In this document: piece after piece, positions 59,197 through 64,000 of the stretch | Numbering within the stretch: position 1 is the first letter of the stretch | How the letters are laid out: the number at the start of each line of letters is the position of its first letter | Assembly: GCF_041956535.1 (NCBI RefSeq) | Contig: NW_027192217.1 | Span: forward strand, 116,196-180,195 | Origin: Calcarisporiella thermophila CBS 279.70 | Lineage: Eukaryota > Fungi > Calcarisporiellomycota | Direction of reading: 5' to 3' | Length of the DNA stretch: 64,000 bases | Notes under the pieces: model-generated | Databases searched by the model: none | What the model was told of the DNA's origin: nothing | The model's input: only the letters and a program-made list of their open reading frames with translations | Position numbers and translations under genes: made by a program

Positions 59197-61890
59197 CTAT
59201 TCTTTTGTGATGGAACCTTTGCTCTGAGAATTGTAGTCCGAAGGGAACGGAGGGGGGGAGATCGACTCTTGTGGCTTCGTGAGCTCATCTAAAGGGGTCT
59301 TGTCGGGGAATGGACGCTTCCCAAGCAGCTTCACCATGTCATCCCGCGAAAGCACCTCTTTTGACAAAAGAAGCTGGGCGACTTTCTCTACGTCCTCCTT
59401 CCTCTCCGTCAAAAGATCCACTGTACGCTTGTAGGCCGTGGAAACCAGGCTACGCACCTCGTTGTCAATCATCCGCGCCGTCTCCTCCGAGTACGGCTTC
59501 TGGAACTGGGGCTCTTGCTCATTGGGGTTGTGGAAGGAGAGCGGGCCAACCTCCTGGGACATTCCGTAGGTGGCCACCTGCGCATACGCAATCTTCGTGA
59601 CCTTTTGCAAATCATCCTGCGCTCCGGTGGTGATTGTGCCGAAAAAGATCTGCTCAGACACGCGGCCACCGAGCGTCATGCACATACGATCCAGCAACTG
59701 GTTCGTGGAGTAGAGATATTGGTCCTTGGGCAGGTACTGCGCATAGCCCAGGGCGGCCACACCACGAGGAATGATTGACACCTTAAGCAATGGGTCTGCG
59801 TGCTCCAAATACCACCCCGCGACGGCGTGTCCGGCTTCGTGGTACGCGACTGTTTTCTTCTCTTCGGGCGACAGCACTCGTGACTTCTTCTCCAGGCCTG
59901 CAATCACACGCTCGATTGCCTGTTCGAAGTGTGTCTCTGCTACTGTATCGCTCACCTGACGAGCCGCAATCAACGCCGCTTCGTTGCATACGTTGTGGAT
60001 GTCGGCTCCGGAGAAGCCGGGTGTCAAAGCGGCGAGCTTCTGCGCAAGATAGTCGATATTCTCGTTGGTTTTGATGGGACGAAGATGCACCTTGAAAATC
60101 TCCTCACGCCCCTTAATATCCGGGCGGTCGATGGCGATGTGTCGGTCGAAGCGGCCGGGACGCATCAGCGCAGGGTCTAACACGTCCGGACGATTCGTAC
60201 CGGCCAGCACAACCACATGCTCGCTGGAGTCGAATCCGTCCATCTCAACCAGCAGCTGGTTGAGCGTGCTCTCTCGCTCGTCATTGCCCCCGAACTGACC
60301 CGCGCGACCTCTCGACTTGCCGATGGCGTCTATTTCATCGACGAATATGATGCAGGGTGCATTCTTCTTTGCCATGGCAAACAAGTCCCTTACACGAGAA
60401 GGACCAACTCCCACAAACATCTCAACGAACTCCGACCCACTCACACTAAGAAAGGGGACACCGGCCTCGCCAGCCGTCGCCTTGGCAAGCAGCGTTTTAC
60501 CCGTCCCTGGAGGGCCGGAGAGAATAGCTCCTTTTGGAATCTTAGCTCCTAGCCTCTCGTAGGCGGAGGGATCTTTCAAGAACTTCACGAATTCCATGAT
60601 CTCCTCCTTCGCCTCATCCATCCCTGCGACGTCCTTAAAGCGCACGCGCACCTCACTCTCATGGTTGAACAGCTTCGCCTTGCTCTTCCCGATGCCGAAA
60701 ATGCCCTGTGAGCCACCAGCACCCCCGGCGCGGCGCGTCAAGTACAGCAGAGCACCAATCATGAAAAGGGTGGGTGCGAAGTGCAACAGGGTTCCCACTA
60801 AATTGACCTCGTCATGGTAGGCCACCGGAATCCGCTCTGATGATGGAATGCCAAGTTCTCGTTGCGCCTCCTCCAACTTTCTTTCAAATGCCTCCACCGA
60901 GCCAATGCTGAAGTATAGGCTCACGTTTGGACGAGCCAAGTCGGGAATTACGGAGGCAGCATTTGGATGCAAATAGACGCGTACTCGATTTCGGTTGACA
61001 ACCACAAGGCGCTCAACAAGACCACGGTCGAGAAGCGTGGTGCGGAACTCTTGCCACGTCAACTCGCGCGCATTGTCAGTTTGGGCAGTCAGGCGATAAA
61101 AAACGTAAGCAGTAAAAATAAGCGGTATTAATGTGCTGGCGTTTAAGCGAATGTCGTTAGGTTGTGGGGGGGGTCGAGGGATTTTAGACGAGGATGAGCT
61201 TGAAGAGGAGGAAGAGGAGGAAGAAGACCTGGATGCCCCTTCCTCGCCTTTACTCTCCTTTGCCCCTCCCTTATTCTCCTTGGAGCCATCTCGGGAGGCG
61301 CGTGTCCATGATGAAGGTCGGGCTCTCTCTGGGAAGAAATTCTCGAATCCCTTCGGCACATGCCCCGCCTCCTCTTCCTTTCCTAGCCTACTCTCTGCCT
61401 CTTCCCCCTCTTTTACGCGCGATTCTTTCTCCTTTGCCTTATTGTTCTGGAAGAAGGGAGAGCGATTCTCCGATGCAAAGCGCTGCTGCTGAGATAGATA
61501 CCCGCGCTCTCTTCCACAGTTCGAAGCGGTCGGCCGCCTGCCATTCATGCCTAACCATCGTGACGTATAGCGTAATGGTTTGCATGACGTTGAATAAGAA
61601 ACGGTGGTCGGCCACGATGATATGAGCCGAGCATGATGGTAACGAGTTTGTAGAACTCCCCTGGCTATTGCCGAACTCAAAGGAGTCTATTCGGAAGAGA
61701 AAAGAAAGGAGATAAGTAACATGGTGCGAGAAATTATGGATTCTAATTCAGAGAGATCAGCGAATTCGACAAGATCTGTCGTAATTCTTTTCCCTTCAGG
61801 TGGTATTCAACCCCTTTTGCTAGGTTAACGTCTTAATCGGGGTAACATAATAAATACCAAGTTTTCACCAGGTGAAAATCTACTCACCAT
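59197..61890 (-). CDS. AFG3: Mitochondrial m-AAA protease subunit (AFG3/Yta10/Yta12 family)
   Basis: [14 protein letters not shown], Walker A GPPGTGKT, Walker B FVDEID, HEAGH zinc motif, two TM segments. ATG-only first exon at 61888-61890 and intron 61687-61887 are inferred. Confidence 0.94.
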
Positions 61891-62077
61891 TATTAAAGAT
61901 TGAAAGACCACAAAGATGAGCCGTTGTCTCCTTTCTCTACTCGTTTTCTATTCCAATGCCAAGTTCATCAAAAACATGAATAAGCAATGCTGCGCCACTA
62001 TTTAATGTCAACTTTCGTTTTTTTAATGGAAGAAGGGGATATTTTGTTTTTTATTTTATTTTCAAAGACAGAAATAG

Positions 62078-64000
62078 CTATGGCTGATACAAAGATTCAC
62101 TGGAAATCATACGGCGGAACTTTTCGGGATCCAAATAGAATGCATGAAAAAGCTCTCGCCGCCGTTCTAAAACGCTTGTTGGAGCTGAAGCTTGAGTCAG
62201 TTCCCGGATCTTTGGTTGAAGCTGCTTCACGTGTTCACTTAGTGTTCCTTGCAAATCAGTGAGCTCCTATGGAAGTGGGTGAAAAAGTCTAGCTAATATG
62301 ATCTGGAATTTTTGAAAGGAAAGTAAGTTTTCATTTTACCTTGGGTGAGAGCAGCAGATTTTCAAGAGAGCTTCCTGGGTGTCGACAGAGTGTATTTACC
62401 AGTGCCTGCTCCGTGTTTTGGCTAATAAAAGGGACGTGTATATATGTAAACGGACAGGGTACTACGGGAGAGTGAAGCGTTAAGCCAGTTGTTTACCTTT
62501 GCTTAATGTTTTCCATCCATTCTTTGAACTGTTTGGATAGATCATTAGATAGCTGCTTCTCTCGCGACGAGAGTTCCGTAACACGCTGTATTAAGGATTC
62601 GTAAGTCGTAAAAAGAGCAGGCATAATTGCTGAATCCCGTTTGGATATATTTTCTAGTAAAAAGGAGAACGATTAGACTATCCCATCACCAAGCAATAAT
62701 ATCCCAAATAAAAGCACCACCTGAGATATTTAAATCCAAAATTTTCTTTATATGTAGAAGCATCGAATCATGGTGTCCGATGGTTTTGCGCTCCAGCGCT
62801 TCCGTCAGGCGTTCGTCTTTGGCAATATTCTAAAAATAAGGTATATGTAGAACCGTGTAAAATAAATTTAGAAAAGCGGTAACCTCTCCAAAAAAAAACA
62901 CTCACTAATCGAGTATCGACGCTCTCCTTTTGCGTATTCAACTCATCTCTGTATGCAAATATCCACCGCCGTAAGTGGCGTTGCCGATCCAGATCTACCT
63001 CAAAGGCAAGCTTAAGGAACTGCTCTCTCGCATTTTGGGCCAGAAGAAGTTCAAGAACCTTCATCATTGAAATATAAAAGAGAGGAGATTAGGATTCAGT
63101 CATAATTATAATTAAATTTTATCCACATTCGAACCTCGTTCATTTTCTTAGCATTCTGCTCGATCTCCTCTTCTTTGTTTGCATAATCCGCCCGCAGTAC
63201 AGGCATTCGAATTTCGAGGTCAGCAAGCTCCTCTAGAAGCAACGTTGTGCTCTCGCTGTCGGAAAGTTTGGCTATCTCGTTTTTACTATGGTCTATGATT
63301 CCTTGGAACTCATTTGTTTGGCCTCTGACAAATAGAGCAAAAATCAACTAAATTCCTTTTGAACTATCTTATGAGCTGATTTAACCTACCTCAAATATTC
63401 CATCTCGAAGCCTCCGCCTGCCTCAACTCTCGCATATTCCTCCTCTAGAGCTTGCAGGCGAGCAGTAAGAAGTTTATTTTCAACGGCGGCCTCAAAATAT
63501 TGCTTCCGGGTCAACGGATATCTATAAGGGGAACAATAGTAAGGTGTCATGTCTTGTAAAGCTTCAGAAAAAACCGCATATTCTCTATGAATGGCTTACA
63601 CATCTGTTAATCGTTCCAACTCTGAAGATAAAAATTCGTTCTGCGCGTCGGGGGACCTATCTGAATTGGTCTACGATTGAAGCATAAGTATCCTACATAG
63701 TGCCCGATAAATTGTAGGAAATTACCGGCAGGGTGAAATAGCGTTGGCACACTTGCTTCAGCTCACTAAAGTAGGCATTTTCCGCTTCTTGTACTTGTTC
63801 TAAATCCTTGGATGCTTGAAAGAGGAAATAGGGTGAAGCTATTCATATAATGTCAATAAGAATCATGTTTTAACAAGCAAATGCAAAAGCACCACCTTTT
63901 TGGCTGTCTTCCTCTATATCTGAAAGGATATCCATCATCCTATTTAATGCATCAGACAGAGTGGAATCTGCCTGTTAATAGCATCATTAATACACTGCCA
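62078..64000 (-). CDS. HAUS3: Augmin/HAUS complex subunit 3-like, 3' part; 5' end beyond the window
   Basis: Multi-exon coiled coil. LADLEIRMPVLRADY...VLELLLAQNAREQFLKLAFEVDLDRQRH and terminal RRELFHAFYLDPEKF resemble remembered HAUS3 segments (MPVVKGD...LIKQKASFELLQLSYEIE..., C-terminal F..F..D). Confidence 0.65.

Overview
Gene-dense (about 29 protein genes and 2 tRNAs), intron-rich eukaryotic DNA from a fungus. Gene content and short GT-AG introns with CTRAY-type branch points point to an early-diverging lineage, probably Mucoromycota; this placement is inference. Recognisable genes: GPI13/PIG-O (partial), a DUF4112 protein, an APH-1 gamma-secretase subunit that is invisible in the ORF track, an SH3-WW-RasGEF, two 2OG-Fe(II) oxygenases, a TALE homeobox TF, NUC1/EndoG, Sec61-gamma, a Kelch-like type I membrane protein, HPC2/ubinuclein, a Tsp2-type tetraspanin, an alpha/beta hydrolase, tRNA-Leu(CAA), a ROM2-type RhoGEF, malic enzyme, NDUFAF7, tRNA-Arg(ACG), SIT4/PP6, two F-box/LRR genes, a GH46 chitosanase, a GT49 glycosyltransferase, LIM and KH proteins, a dysbindin-like protein, holocytochrome c synthase, AFG3-type m-AAA protease and HAUS3 (partial). 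No mobile element, CRISPR array or biosynthetic cluster was seen. The most notable items are the animal-like genes absent or highly diverged in yeasts (APH-1, dysbindin, HAUS3, CAAX-bearing FBXL2/20-like), a bacterial-type GH46 chitosanase carrying a spliceosomal intron, a KH protein with a tandem PKA-site array, and a GT49 lacking its DxD motif. Three genes show single-base homopolymer frameshifts, probably assembly errors. All family assignments come from motif recognition by eye, not from database searches. I cannot demonstrate a wholly new system from sequence alone.
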